DNA from: a virus
Taxonomy: Duplodnaviria > Caudoviricetes
Virus record (IMG/VR): IMGVR_UViG_3300007541_000045
Location: 1 to 42,113 of that record
Strand: one strand, 5' to 3'
DNA length: 42,113 nucleotides
This document shows positions 9,601-17,685 of this stretch, one piece after another. Each line of letters opens with the position of its first letter. Position 1 is the stretch's first letter. Under the pieces are notes generated by a model. It had not been told where the DNA came from, searched no databases, and saw nothing but the letters and a program-made list of their open reading frames with translations. The translations under genes and the position numbers were made by a program.

Positions 9601-11106
9601 TAGCTCCTCCTGAAGGCCGCCAACGATAGCCTGAGACTGTCCAGCGATGCCTACAGCGTAGCCTTCTGTCAAACCGGCAGTCAGACCGTCTAGAGCTGTC
9701 ATGGACATAACACGACCAAGAGAGGTAGTTGTAGTAGCAGCTCCAGCACTAAACACAGCACCAGTTGCCATACTGGCTCCTACACCGCCAACAACGGACG
9801 GAATAAGGAAATACATAGCAAATGGGTCATTTCCTACATCTACTTTAATAGTATCACTAAAGCGACGAGTCCAGTTAGCCCAGCCATCATGCCAGCCTTT
9901 TTCAAAGATCATTTCACGAGAGTTAGTAGCTGCTAGCTCAGAGACAACTCGCATTGCCTCGGCAGAGTACTTATACTCGTTCTGCATATAAGGGAGAACC
10001 TCGCCGTCCTTATCCCGAAGGAAGGTATCTTGTCGGTAGCCAGCAAACTCTAGGCTCTTACGGGTATCTTCAGGGAGCCGATCCCAGGCAGTATCTGCCC
10101 AGTTGCCACGCTGCTGAACAGAGCCCATGGCTTCATCGAGGAAGTCTGGACCAACAGTTACAGCAAGAGCCTTAACCTGCTCTAGGACTGCCAGAGGATT
10201 GAGATCCTTTGGGTTATTAATGAGAGCATGAAGGTTACGGATTGTTTCCTGCTGAGCTTGTTCATACACATAGACCTTAAGAGCATCCTGATTGAGACCA
10301 CGGTCTTCACCACGGGCTCGGATTTCATCAAAACTATCAAGATTGAACTGCTTAAGGTCGTCTTGGTTGATAGTCCCAGTCTGACGAGCTAGATCAATAG
10401 CTGCATCCATAAGCTCTTCATCCTGAATAATTTCCTCAGTCTTCATTCCTCTGAAGCTACCCGGAGCAATATCATTGATTGCTGCTACGAGTGCTGGCTT
10501 CCAGTCCGAGCGATTAGGGTTACGCTCTGCGTTGAAGAAGTTAGGATCTCGGCGGCCAGCTAGAAGACGGGCAGTACGTAGAATATTACCACGACCTTCG
10601 TAGAAGTTCTTATCTTCACCAGCCTTGCCAGCTTCATTGACAGTAGTACCGGGGCCTACGCCAAGCGGTCCCCAGCTGTATAGATCCTTTTGCTCCCGCT
10701 TGGCATTCTCTTCGCTATAGATTTCAGAGAACTGAGCCTCTACTAGATCAGAGGGAAGGTCGGGAAATAGACTTGTAAACCATGTCGATGCCTGCCGTTG
10801 TCTGGCAAGAAGCATTTGCTTATTACCAATACCAGCTACATTAACACCGAGCATACCATTTAGTCCGGCATCATTTGAAGCCTTTGCGGAAACCATCTGC
10901 TCGGAAAGAGCTGGAGTACTAAATGCCTCAGGATCCTTCGCCTGAAGCAAGGCAAGATCAAAGCTAGTACCAATAAGAGTACCGCCTCGGCCATCAGAAA
11001 TAACCTGAGGTTGTTCGGTACCACGAATACCACTGCGATAAGGAGAGAACATAGATTCTAAATTCTCTTGTTCCTCCCGAGTAACACGATTAGAATAAAT
11101 AGCCAT
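622..11106 (-). CDS. Giant internal virion (ejection) protein, gp16-like, multidomain, 3494 aa
   Basis: Follows the gp14/gp15-like genes; SD AAAGGA. Degenerate SLT-like N-terminus (SWGPLGVGPGT...NILRTARLL...ALVAAINDIAPG), Gly/Ala hydrophobic segments, gp16-like YIPHH and LLFQMLSYP motifs, HETSH zincin motif and an ART-like segment. Confidence 0.8.
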   Translation of the reverse strand: MAIYSNRVTREEQENLESMFSPYRSGIRGTEQPQVISDGRGGTLIGTSFDLALLQAKDPEAFSTPALSEQMVSAKASNDAGLNGMLGVNVAGIGNKQMLLARQRQASTWFTSLFPDLPSDLVEAQFSEIYSEENAKREQKDLYSWGPLGVGPGTTVNEAGKAGEDKNFYEGRGNILRTARLLAGRRDPNFFNAERNPNRSDWKPALVAAINDIAPGSFRGMKTEEIIQDEELMDAAIDLARQTGTINQDDLKQFNLDSFDEIRARGEDRGLNQDALKVYVYEQAQQETIRNLHALINNPKDLNPLAVLEQVKALAVTVGPDFLDEAMGSVQQRGNWADTAWDRLPEDTRKSLEFAGYRQDTFLRDKDGEVLPYMQNEYKYSAEAMRVVSELAATNSREMIFEKGWHDGWANWTRRFSDTIKVDVGNDPFAMYFLIPSVVGGVGASMATGAVFSAGAATTTTSLGRVMSMTALDGLTAGLTEGYAVGIAGQSQAIVGGLQEELDWNGVTNNMLLYGGLGAIGGAGLAGLVGGVGPSIRGLGRLSTHVTNLAEDIAATGIVGEASMSRALSRLAEREATVAEVEGAQIFSNIENRGLAIRLNRGEVEAKEAIAEVIPNMVVVPEGASHSTLVDSLFSSHVLAENGLSPAAAVDLVYGIQRRLGAGGQIAAEEFDQVVRAAFRASKEHAAKFGADLYDDSGKLLRDVADARIQQIDAAVTANMKEVEARFVGGSGLRPLTDAQHTELKTLVQALKDGTITPKNLKKLTDYAQSLHDEKLMKSVQRLVNEKGNLPAEELAIFNRKIDSIVATGTKARTEDSFLKQVLRVENALNLLRNESTIKAAQDLGISAKRLMQYASRYKAIVGDATAIKALDAEMPDARAAIQAISKGEGMRVLDSTPPAFNVENFLQTSNAVAAIREAKDLRTKLRSLAKRAAKLAEKRGDEKALRRLEKVATRMQKRFMEVNKKLGIDFDAEEAYARVLERIKSDIPFSARTGLEQDEILGAAIDKLILRSSPDAVSVGEGSRSRAWFNSMFRETTIGARMERLMASVSLWPIAQNRLFRHRNRIVRGMSNWITGQHVSNRIFSNSTDFMSIESIVEGAAREAVPFLNLSKSLRRKLGEQPYSLFDTFFLRQRQLGRLVGKPGEFDLAGVPEALLRAYENLGGEEALRADLYAAQRAYTNVMAMAIEEAAEAGSPLTGISATRYIPHHIRGGLSAERASKFIDNFTKIRRHQLLRGGAALDLEVLESIGWIRITKGSEHDALGRRLVNKKFDVPQDSPLHISDDIDVNREFAEMIVKRGFAGLEELDPEAATPAAGRAAAVSSDINYAMDLIDDPANMADVMRVADEVGEIFGNSMSLPLGRSAESAGAESAVARGVLGLDETIKRLENARSTLARVSDDVAEEIEAATGLSVQALKDDIDDALVMRQRALARAAEVNLSDTAPRVRRKPMNANQKIKYVNDRDAFDGLSEGHAALSHRLDALVAEGFLDETAAKLVRLAFVDIDPHKMGGMSFTRIDISDNLAKRFLGIAEEDGIIRLRKLEELAGEGNDRAVNAALTLVHETSHIAFLSSSPRMQGVIQSLYNQAKNGQNSIRRLFEQIGVDAEYAMSNVHEFTAALAEATMLRNQVVTARRGTLGTFLSKFGKFYKKLFGDVALLGDEAAGMGEQIMGKENWSGLKQIIRAIYDSQPDEAASDRIMRLFGVDVAEEIDAYKLVDLDELGRAGQLAPDERLAFLKRKADKAEEKLKKTEANPRATAMDKQRAQKQFDESVTELTEHMTSMTAKPKAQETAMSRAEEISTKVFARVEGLSEERALKPYQIDAVAGILQQLSEEEGQLIRTTPGRGIKSTFDGMDDDQIVDLLITKALNEAKAAKRANREVFDRAKRGVSGEDAEGKSFIEQAPAAKTATPEEEAIALEQAELLSRKLTEARLSKDKTVKKALKAIDDAKLLEDAFVKRGLVPNDSGVYPLTDDIIDAVVEETGISRTNVKAHNSKRGPLNQENKKAAEQVIREFKGEKEQVAVQAIDTAVEKARPKIQRRIADNEIADSDAVQQAVAETSVGNKGDLTGEPITPYQNAPDTEFLGVPGYTRLSQEELDEIIDSSDSVLAFMSRNSEWDQPNPGEGVTFSREAAEYFYKRKAQKAAEPEALGTPEMVGPMRQASDDLQQIIDEVPEAPTPKLPNEWEALDDAGKNKLLWETYLRGLNGEELDAGEILAIKESRHFNNKGIDAWEYDPDEMYFDATSVVDWLYEWAINPRSRNGGMPLNYEGLRGNPALVDRLGLTEELSDSVITVPLFRGSTSSGIQETFEFSDPNPHLGRNGLFFTSDSSKASSYATQAPLSDKTAYAPQMVAVFADIRKPYWAGPRHAKPKLSLAELKEQGYDAVIFSDSTSDFRLNGEINFIGEPSNLYSAFTGKPIVEPVDVKTPTPKVKPEAPASTEIRTQTEMRGVPNIPDEPGTRIGPVRTKDGDAYDFARPSDKDLRARYEEDALARLEAEGRVQDDNEYMERIFADMEGPTPRAIEDLNDEELVAFTNNLEMRSRRGEKLTKKEKAARKSANTEIERRTAPPKPVAELTDDELLATADDLIKRSRGRKVKLAPWERERLKEAKAELDRRTAPAGGEGEPPSKPPKTKKGPGEEPEKPRKPTKLEQETEDYLNRRKISKIERGKFNKNHRLASTGKSLAKLYADAVNGDTGLLSPAFKAMLEAEGAAPVSALERVGRHYLDHAGGRFKTSFSNATESIDERIGVLGNIGNFHNRTFNDMDFDIEGGEALADLFAEATNSAEGLMRYADTTLASIRVQKGINQLTGEKGVSMSDMFNHMQRSLERNLMRDDNGIPRTLTKKQTDEVNEWMQGMKEIYLRARGFNPAKDKSFSQGSRIIQNLSYSMLGAKFAMSVLFVETPMAVLRTSGLNPFKMVHNTSQILGAYLRAAQGFAVQFKPLERFMASMGMDTRIIRESVDDMVFSFSNLHSTALSRFGAGGEGLEESRLLFTLKDRMKAHAENIRAAGQADALDPSFTRKLVNYIEALTGATADLTGTMSFMHPVTNAVREIGSNQAKATLMKHSGALIDLAKRVGAEGEITTEGIVGIARELGIPKQLAVYAAESGLLRRDGALIKRLMDLGGFTPTTAGRDINMNDLRVLIDTERTNLMETAMGGTLQTAGSRQAEIDGEILPSLNQFIMYFTNELSPELRGTMRFQGMNPWTDLLFQMLSYPMAAYQALVGNGITARGPLMTAGVLTSLVAMEYFNRNAQRVLFGKEEEDRQKALEKLTRMPTEEDVVEMLAMYGTGSPIFGAFGSYVRDLVGNPIMRAYGASERSFPATPFRSPAIGMAQKLYGQVSRGVGSMGTAYREGDSSKMGTAAGNLLETAIDLSPLNALPLGQTVRAAKNLVNVGDLWKATHVGLTVGSARNAKGFSYPPMEDASYMKWFDADESPHGLSEVQMPPLPAMPARSTTPQPQQPKQGSVPRMLDREDRGPSSGLANLLR

Positions 11107-11149
11107 TGTAATCCTTTCAGTTGGGGTTCTTGCGAAGCCATACTAAAGT

Positions 11150-11186
11150 AAAAGAAAACCCCCAGCCCCCGTTAAGGGACTGAGGA
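11150..11186 (-). terminator. Intrinsic (T-phi-like) terminator
   Basis: Minus strand CCUCAGUCCC-UUAAC-GGGGGCUGGGGG followed by UUUUCUUUU. Confidence 0.75.
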
Positions 11187-11194
11187 TTAAAAGG

Positions 11195-14100
11195 TTAGTT
11201 TCGTACTGCACGTCCTCCTATAAGAATAACGTCAGTAGTTGGATCTTTAGTCATTTTCTTATGATCTTCTTGTCGAAGCTCGGTACCATTCCGTACACCA
11301 GAAGGAGCACTATCTTTATACTGCCATCTGTACATAATTGGAAGCCCAAACTGTCCGGCTTGTAGGAATTCAAAGAGGGCTGGAGCAATTCCTTGTCTTT
11401 CAGTTAATGAAATAGTATAAGAAATAGGACGGTAAGAATTTCCATTCTCATCCTTTTCATATCCCCTATCTTGATCATTAGGGGGAATAGGAACAACAGA
11501 AATTCCCTTACGTAGTTGCCATCGAGACGATCTAAACTTTTGCTGAAGATTAGAAGTTGGTTCATAGGTTCCTGCTAGATACTGCTTAAAAAGCTCTAGC
11601 TCATTATCATCAGCCAACCCAAAAGCAGCTGCAATGCCAATCTTTTGGGTATCGTCCTTTGCAACAGCGTCTAGCACAGTAATAATTGCTTGATCCTGAG
11701 CAGTCATTGACTGACCATTAGGAGCATAAGCATTATCAGCGTTGAAGGGATAGTCAGCCTGAGGAAGAGGAGTATTCCTAATAAAACCAAAGAGCTGCTC
11801 AGGAGAATGTACTTTTCCTAGCTTACTAATATCTCTTGAGTTCTTTAAGCTGCTATTTAAATATGCTTGAGCACTCGCTCGATTTGTTTCAGAAGAAAGA
11901 TCCTCCTCAAGACCTCTTTCTGTTTCTGTTCGATAGTCTGTAATAGCACGATCAAGAATAGCAAGTTGCCACGTATTACTTACGCTTGGATTAGATTCAA
12001 GATCTTCAATAATTACAGTCAGCGAAGGAACATCTGACATTCCCATAGAAAGCATCTGGAAACTTTCGGATAGTCTTTCTTCAAGAGCTTCAGAAGCTGC
12101 GGTTAAGCCCGAGAATTCTGCGCTTCCAAGAATGACTCCTCGACGAACATTTGCTTCTCGATATTCCTCTGCGGATAGAGTTGGGTCATTTAGATATCCC
12201 ATAGAAAATCCAAGAATTAGATTCTTGTTTGCTTCACCGTACCGCTTATGTACACGGTTTCGGAATTCCTCTGAGTTTGCATAAGCTAATGCCCACATAT
12301 TATTAGCAACCGTACGATCTTCGCCTTGCATCGCAGAAATAGAATCTGGATTATAACGCAGATCAATCGCATCAAATGCTGCATTTCCATTGTCACCAGA
12401 TGGGAAAATATCCCCAGCTCCAGCAATTTCAGGATTACCAAAGAGAGCCATGGCTGCAAAAGGATCCTGCTCTGCAAGACGAGCAAAGCCAAGCTGATTA
12501 AGTTCATTAGCTTGATCTACACCAGCTTGGAGATTACCAGCAGCAGTTGAAGTAACCCAGTTAGCTCGTACTTGCTTTAGGAGTTCATTAGCTTGCTTAG
12601 TGCTTTGGGAGCCGGTTCCTGTAAAGACGAACTGACCGTCCTGTGCAACTTGAACCATAAATGGAATCTCAGAAGATCCCTTAAGTTCGCTATCAATGAC
12701 TTCTACGCCTACTGGAAGATACTGAGGAATTGTCCCATCTTCCTGAATCATGGAAGTACCAGAAGTAGCTACAAATGTTTCATACTCATCCATAGAGAGC
12801 TTAACAAGATCTCCTGTGGCTGGATCAAATACCATGACATTAGCATCGTTACTAATGGAAGCCATTGTAGGAATAATATCGTTTTGGAATACTGCGTGCA
12901 TTGCTGCTCGGTATTCAACCGGATTGGTAGCGGCGTTAGTAGCTTCAGTAGCCCGAGCAAGAGCATCTTCCATAGAAAGGATTCGAGCTGATGCGTGGGC
13001 ATCATTTACCTTCGTCTTCAGTCCACCAAAAACAATATCAAATTCTTCCTTACTCTCAATGCCATACTTCCTCCAAACTCCTTCACCAGATTCCCAATCA
13101 AGAGCAAATGCCATTTCCTGTAGCAGGCGAGCACGCTCAGCTGCTGAAAGATTAGGATCAGATGCGATCTGACTGAAGGAGCCATCAAGAAGCTTAGCGG
13201 TGCTGTCTAGTGTCTCTGGAGTTGCTGGAAGATCATTGCCTAGAAAGTTTCGAGTTGAGTTTCCATCTCCAATCGACAGGAAGTTGATAAACTTAGCTAC
13301 CGACTTGTAAGGCGGTTCGACAGCACCTGAACCTCGTCCTAGTACACTCTTAGGTAGGTCAGCAGCCATCATGGCTTGAGCTACGTAGTCTGGACGAACA
13401 GCCCCACTCGCCATACGCTCTTCAAGCAGTCCCTGCATTACAGGGATAAAATCACCAGCAGCATTAAGATCAAAGACCTGACCAGCTCCTGGGATAGTTA
13501 CTTGGCCTGTTTTTGGGTCAACTGCTGCAAGACCTAGGTTTCCTAGTGTCATTACAAGCTGATACGAGGGATCATCTAGGCTTTCGGCGTAGGTCGGATT
13601 TGATCGTAAGGCTTGTGTTAGATTATAATTGTCCTGTTGAAATCCTAGTCTAACCGCCTTAAGATTATTCTGAGTTGCGACGTTAGCTACTGCACCCTGT
13701 AGCTCAATGATACGATTCTTTGCCTGCTTGAAGTAAGGAGACTGCTCATCATACTGAGTAATCTTAGTATTTAGATATTCAAGAGCTTTGGTCGTATCCA
13801 TCTTAGAGATACGGTCAAGATCAGCTGTCCATTGGTCCATCTGATCCTGCTCATAAGCCTTACCATTTACTTGAGCACGAAGCGAGTGGAATCGCTTTGC
13901 GGTAACTCGGTTAGGCTTGTAGCTGTTGTTGTCTAGCCAAGTCTTTAGCTTGGCCGGGTCTCCCTTGACTCGATCGCTTTCAGTAATGTAAGCTGTCTCA
14001 AAGTCAGCATACTGAGTCTCGGACACCATGTTATACATCTTATCATAGTTCTGTAAACCTTGCTGCACTCCGCTAGCAATACCAGCCAAAGCTTGATAGA

Positions 14101-14278
14101 GCTCCGCTCCGGTCTGCTTGATCTGAGCCTGCTGGCCGATCTGGAGTACTGGAGCAGCTGCGGCAGCTCCCCCGGAAATTGGGGAGATATTAGCAGCCAT
14201 CTGTCCTTGAGGCGCAACCTGCTGCTGAGTTACCTGAGTAGCAGCACCACGCTCTTGTTGATTGTCAGGTTGTGGCAT
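11195..14278 (-). CDS. Internal virion protein, gp15-like, 1027 aa
   Basis: Lies between the gp14-like and gp16-like genes; Q/P-rich N-terminus with ELYQALAGIASG; helical; SD AAGGAG. Confidence 0.65.
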   Translation of the reverse strand: MPQPDNQQERGAATQVTQQQVAPQGQMAANISPISGGAAAAAPVLQIGQQAQIKQTGAELYQALAGIASGVQQGLQNYDKMYNMVSETQYADFETAYITESDRVKGDPAKLKTWLDNNSYKPNRVTAKRFHSLRAQVNGKAYEQDQMDQWTADLDRISKMDTTKALEYLNTKITQYDEQSPYFKQAKNRIIELQGAVANVATQNNLKAVRLGFQQDNYNLTQALRSNPTYAESLDDPSYQLVMTLGNLGLAAVDPKTGQVTIPGAGQVFDLNAAGDFIPVMQGLLEERMASGAVRPDYVAQAMMAADLPKSVLGRGSGAVEPPYKSVAKFINFLSIGDGNSTRNFLGNDLPATPETLDSTAKLLDGSFSQIASDPNLSAAERARLLQEMAFALDWESGEGVWRKYGIESKEEFDIVFGGLKTKVNDAHASARILSMEDALARATEATNAATNPVEYRAAMHAVFQNDIIPTMASISNDANVMVFDPATGDLVKLSMDEYETFVATSGTSMIQEDGTIPQYLPVGVEVIDSELKGSSEIPFMVQVAQDGQFVFTGTGSQSTKQANELLKQVRANWVTSTAAGNLQAGVDQANELNQLGFARLAEQDPFAAMALFGNPEIAGAGDIFPSGDNGNAAFDAIDLRYNPDSISAMQGEDRTVANNMWALAYANSEEFRNRVHKRYGEANKNLILGFSMGYLNDPTLSAEEYREANVRRGVILGSAEFSGLTAASEALEERLSESFQMLSMGMSDVPSLTVIIEDLESNPSVSNTWQLAILDRAITDYRTETERGLEEDLSSETNRASAQAYLNSSLKNSRDISKLGKVHSPEQLFGFIRNTPLPQADYPFNADNAYAPNGQSMTAQDQAIITVLDAVAKDDTQKIGIAAAFGLADDNELELFKQYLAGTYEPTSNLQQKFRSSRWQLRKGISVVPIPPNDQDRGYEKDENGNSYRPISYTISLTERQGIAPALFEFLQAGQFGLPIMYRWQYKDSAPSGVRNGTELRQEDHKKMTKDPTTDVILIGGRAVRN

Positions 14279-14289
14279 GAATTATCTCC

Positions 14290-14961
14290 TTAGGTAGCCG
14301 GTGTTGTACCAGCAGGATTTGATTGATAAGCACTTGCAATACCAGCCAATCCACCAAGACCACTAGCTAGGGATCCAAGCAATGCTCCCGCCATCATACC
14401 GCTAGTGTTTGGCGGCTGAACAGGAGTAGCTGGGATATAGGTAGGTGGCTGATTTGTTGGCCGTAGGTTTCGCTGCTTGAGCATTTGATTACGCTGGTTC
14501 TGAATCGCAGCCAGCTGGTATTCATCATTCACGCGAATACGAGCTAGGTCATTTGCAATATCAGTCTCAGCTTGACGCTTGATGGCCTCAGCGGTACCAC
14601 CACGGCCAGCACCACGGCTAGCCATAGTAGACTGCTGCCTAGCCATAGCCTGCTTAGAGGCTCGAACTAGTTGATTTGTGTTGTATTGTGATTGTTCGCG
14701 ATAGGCCCGTTGACCATAGACCATCTGCTCTAGTGACTCTCGCTCAAGCGTAGCGTTACCAAAGAGACGATCAAATTCTTGTAGGCCCATAACCCCACGC
14801 TGCTGAGTGATAGACATCTGCTTCTCAAACTCAGCCCACTGTTGATTGATTCTCTGCTGCTCATAGGCTGCCTTGGATCCAACTGCTTGGCCTTGAGCCG
14901 AAGACACTGAACCCATAACACCCATAGCGAGAGATGCAACACCTAATGCAATTGCTGCCAT
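14290..14961 (-). CDS. Internal virion protein, gp14-like, 223 aa
   Basis: Hydrophobic Ala/Gly N- and C-termini, Q-rich coiled-coil middle and an ASRGAGRGGT motif typical of gp14-type proteins. Confidence 0.7.
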   Translation of the reverse strand: MAAIALGVASLAMGVMGSVSSAQGQAVGSKAAYEQQRINQQWAEFEKQMSITQQRGVMGLQEFDRLFGNATLERESLEQMVYGQRAYREQSQYNTNQLVRASKQAMARQQSTMASRGAGRGGTAEAIKRQAETDIANDLARIRVNDEYQLAAIQNQRNQMLKQRNLRPTNQPPTYIPATPVQPPNTSGMMAGALLGSLASGLGGLAGIASAYQSNPAGTTPAT

Positions 14962-15446
14962 TATACAATCTCCTTAATATGAGATAGAATTTGATCAGGA
15001 TATTCTCGGAGGTCTTCCATACGAACCCTGAGCAATTGTGTATTAGAAAAATTAGACTTGATTCCTTCCTTCTGGGCTTGGAACATTCCAGAGATTACTT
15101 CACCAGTAGGTGGAGCAAAGCCTTCAGCAATAGCACAATTATAAATAGATGCTACCTGAGCCTCAAAGTCATCCCTAGTCATAAGAACTACCAGCTTTAC
15201 TTTGCTGGCATCCACACGACTAAACTGTGGGCTCCACAGCTTGATAACTTTATTCTCTTCATAGGGGATTTTCTCGGAGGAGAAAAGAGCCTCTTTCTTC
15301 ATGTCCCAGAATCCATCAGGATTTTTTTCCCGAGCAACATACTCAGGAAAGGCTTCTGCCAACGAATGCGCTTCAAAGCTTTGCAGTAATAGACGCATCA
15401 TGGCAGACGTACCGCATCGAGGTGCAGTTCCAGTAACGACAATCAT
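14961..15446 (-). CDS. P-loop sulfotransferase family protein, 161 aa
   Basis: N-terminal IVVTGTAPRCGTSAMMRLL (5'-PSB loop, GxPRSGTS type), NPDGFWD, and VVLMTRD...VASI (3'-PB-like). ATGA overlap with TerL and TAATG overlap with the gp14-like gene. Confidence 0.7.
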   Translation of the reverse strand: MIVVTGTAPRCGTSAMMRLLLQSFEAHSLAEAFPEYVAREKNPDGFWDMKKEALFSSEKIPYEENKVIKLWSPQFSRVDASKVKLVVLMTRDDFEAQVASIYNCAIAEGFAPPTGEVISGMFQAQKEGIKSNFSNTQLLRVRMEDLREYPDQILSHIKEIV

Positions 15447-17158
15447 CTGCCCCTCCTTAGGAAGTTTGGACGCTGGTTTGGACCACTGCCTCCATAAACA
15501 GTACGTACACGAGATGTGCCACTGTTGCCTCGGCCCTCGGTAATGAGCTGGCCTCGACGCTTATTATCAGTCCACATCTTAAGATATTCTTCTTCTGCCT
15601 TACGCATATTCTTTTCTGCTTCTGCATCTACATCAACCTGTAGCCACTCTCTCCAGTAATCACAAGCTGCTGAGAGAACGTCCACCCGGTCGTCGTGCTT
15701 AAGTGCACCCTTCATATCCGTAAGACGAGTAATCTGAACCTGAGTCTTCTCTTCGCGAATAGCCTTGGTATCAAACACCAGTCGGTGCCCGGCCATAACA
15801 GGCTCGATGTTAGAGATCATTCGCCTTTCTTTTTGTCCAGATACTCTGAAATCTTCGATAGCAATTCGTCCACAAATACGAAAAGCAATTGGACGGAGCA
15901 ATGCAGCAACTGTACCATCGCCAAAATTAGATTCCACGCGGATCGTCGAAGCATTGTACTGTAAAGCTTTCTTCGCAATCTTTTCCAAGGTTGTGTCATC
16001 ATAGCCTCCATCAAGACCAAAGAGTTCATGTACAACAATATAGCCATTGACACAGGAAGCTACGCACACAGCTGTCTCATCGCTACCTCGTCCCGACGGG
16101 TCTACAAAGACCACAGTTTGGGTATAGGGAATAAACGATGGTGAGATATACATAGGCTTATACAGCTTATCTCCAGACATCCCAAAGCTAGGTACATGCT
16201 TGTACGGCTCGGCATTAGCCCAGACAACCTTCTCGGGAAACATCTCTGGGTCTACATCAAAGACCAACAGATCTGCCAGCCGAAGAGGATACTTTCCTAC
16301 GTCAGCCAGCGAGCAGTCAAGGCGATAGTGCAGATCAAACTTAGTTGGTCCGATCTTTGCCTTACGCTCTTCCAGCAGCTCTTGGCTAAATCGCTCGGGC
16401 TGGGTAGATGTACCAGGCTCCTTATCGAGCATCATGATCCAATCAGCTACATTCTCACATTGAGACTTGATAGTAGGATCAGGAACTACAGCTGGGAACT
16501 TGATCTGAGGATAGCTCATTGCGAGCTTGTTGTAGATCGAGTCTCTAGTCTGAGGAGTACCGAGCATGATTACTCGGCCTCCTGGGTTACGAATCTGCTC
16601 TAGTTCGTGAAGACGGTTGAGCAGCTTCTCACGCTGTACTTCGGTATCAGAGTTACCCTCAATCTCAATATCATCAGAGATGACAATATCAGCGTGGCTA
16701 CCAGTAATCTGGCTAGTGATACCACGAGCAAAGACTGAGGAGTCCTGACCTACCTTCTGACGGAATCCACAGTTGAATGCAAAGGCATTATCAATCATGT
16801 TTTCCTTTGGTGCTAAGTGGTTACAGTACGGCACTAGGTCCAGAATGCGTCGAGTCATCGAGATGAACTCCACGGCCTTCTGAGCGGTAGCCGACAGAAC
16901 CATGATTGTGCAGTCAGGATCCCTAAGAAGGAACCACGATGCAAGAATAGAAGTTAGTACAGACTTACCGGCACCACGGCCAGCCTGCAACTGCATGTCA
17001 GTACCGTATGACTGTAACGCATCTGCCATGGCATACTGGAGATCTGTCGGTGCTACACCGAATAGATACTTCATGCATGCATAGAGATGGTTTCTAAAGT
17101 CCGATACCATCTCATCCGGCACGCTGGCCGGAATACGATCAGGATTAATCGGGTTCAT
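15443..17158 (-). CDS. terL: Terminase large subunit (T7 gp19-like)
   Basis: Walker A QAGRGAGKS, ITGSHADIVISDDIE, LGTPQT, nuclease VDPSGRGSDET and HDDRVDVL. Confidence 0.97.
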   Translation of the reverse strand: MNPINPDRIPASVPDEMVSDFRNHLYACMKYLFGVAPTDLQYAMADALQSYGTDMQLQAGRGAGKSVLTSILASWFLLRDPDCTIMVLSATAQKAVEFISMTRRILDLVPYCNHLAPKENMIDNAFAFNCGFRQKVGQDSSVFARGITSQITGSHADIVISDDIEIEGNSDTEVQREKLLNRLHELEQIRNPGGRVIMLGTPQTRDSIYNKLAMSYPQIKFPAVVPDPTIKSQCENVADWIMMLDKEPGTSTQPERFSQELLEERKAKIGPTKFDLHYRLDCSLADVGKYPLRLADLLVFDVDPEMFPEKVVWANAEPYKHVPSFGMSGDKLYKPMYISPSFIPYTQTVVFVDPSGRGSDETAVCVASCVNGYIVVHELFGLDGGYDDTTLEKIAKKALQYNASTIRVESNFGDGTVAALLRPIAFRICGRIAIEDFRVSGQKERRMISNIEPVMAGHRLVFDTKAIREEKTQVQITRLTDMKGALKHDDRVDVLSAACDYWREWLQVDVDAEAEKNMRKAEEEYLKMWTDNKRRGQLITEGRGNSGTSRVRTVYGGSGPNQRPNFLRRGR

Positions 17159-17177
17159 TGGTTATCTCCTTGGTTAA

Positions 17178-17209
17178 AGGCCGGAGAGGGGTTTCCCCCT
17201 CACCCGGTC
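17178..17209 (-). promoter_or_regulatory. GC-rich GNRA-capped hairpin between terS and terL
   Basis: GACCGGGUGAGGGG-GAAA-CCCCUCUCCGGCC overlaps the terS stop, just before the terL SD (AAGGAG). Confidence 0.45.
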
Positions 17210-17415
17210 TGGTTGATCTTGAAGGGTGCTGACTCTCGTAGCAGGTTCTTAATCTCCTCGCCCTTAAGGCCGGGAAGATCATCCATTGAACCCTTGTAGT
17301 CAGCCAGCAGTCCTCGTGCTACCTGAGCCCAGCCCGCCGTAGGGGCAGTCTGAAGCTCATTAATGACAGCATCGAAGAGTACTTCTTCAAGTTGCTCTAC
17401 CTTTTGGTTTTTCAT
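17200..17415 (-). CDS. terS: Terminase small subunit (gp18-like), 71 aa; start revised to ATG 17415
   Basis: Directly upstream of terL; SD GGAGGG before MKNQKVEQLEEVLFDAVINELQ...; small helical protein ending in a PF motif, like T7-type TerS. Confidence 0.7.
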   Translation of the reverse strand: MKNQKVEQLEEVLFDAVINELQTAPTAGWAQVARGLLADYKGSMDDLPGLKGEEIKNLLRESAPFKINQTG

Positions 17416-17416
17416 A

Positions 17417-17677
17417 TTATGCCCTCCTTGGACGCTTACCGTGACCATTACGAGCACGGTTCTTAGTGCGATCCTCTAGGAAAGTTTTACCATTCTTCTT
17501 GTGGGAGACATCCTTGCCTCCCTTGCCCATAATCCCACGCCTGCGGCGTTCAGCAGCTAACCTACGGCGACGTTCCCTTTCCTCCGGTCGGTTATTAATT
17601 TTAGCCTGCTGAGCAACACGCTTCTTTCTAGCTTTTGGATTAGAGGCGTAGTACTTAGAAGTTTTAGATTGACCCAT
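17417..17677 (-). CDS. Small Arg/Lys-rich protein with a minimal HNH-like motif
   Basis: KDVSHKKNG...EDRTKNRARNG resembles reduced HNH proteins found near phage terminases; SD GAGGTG. Confidence 0.6.
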   Translation of the reverse strand: MGQSKTSKYYASNPKARKKRVAQQAKINNRPEERERRRRLAAERRRRGIMGKGGKDVSHKKNGKTFLEDRTKNRARNGHGKRPRRA

Positions 17678-17685
17678 AAGTCACC

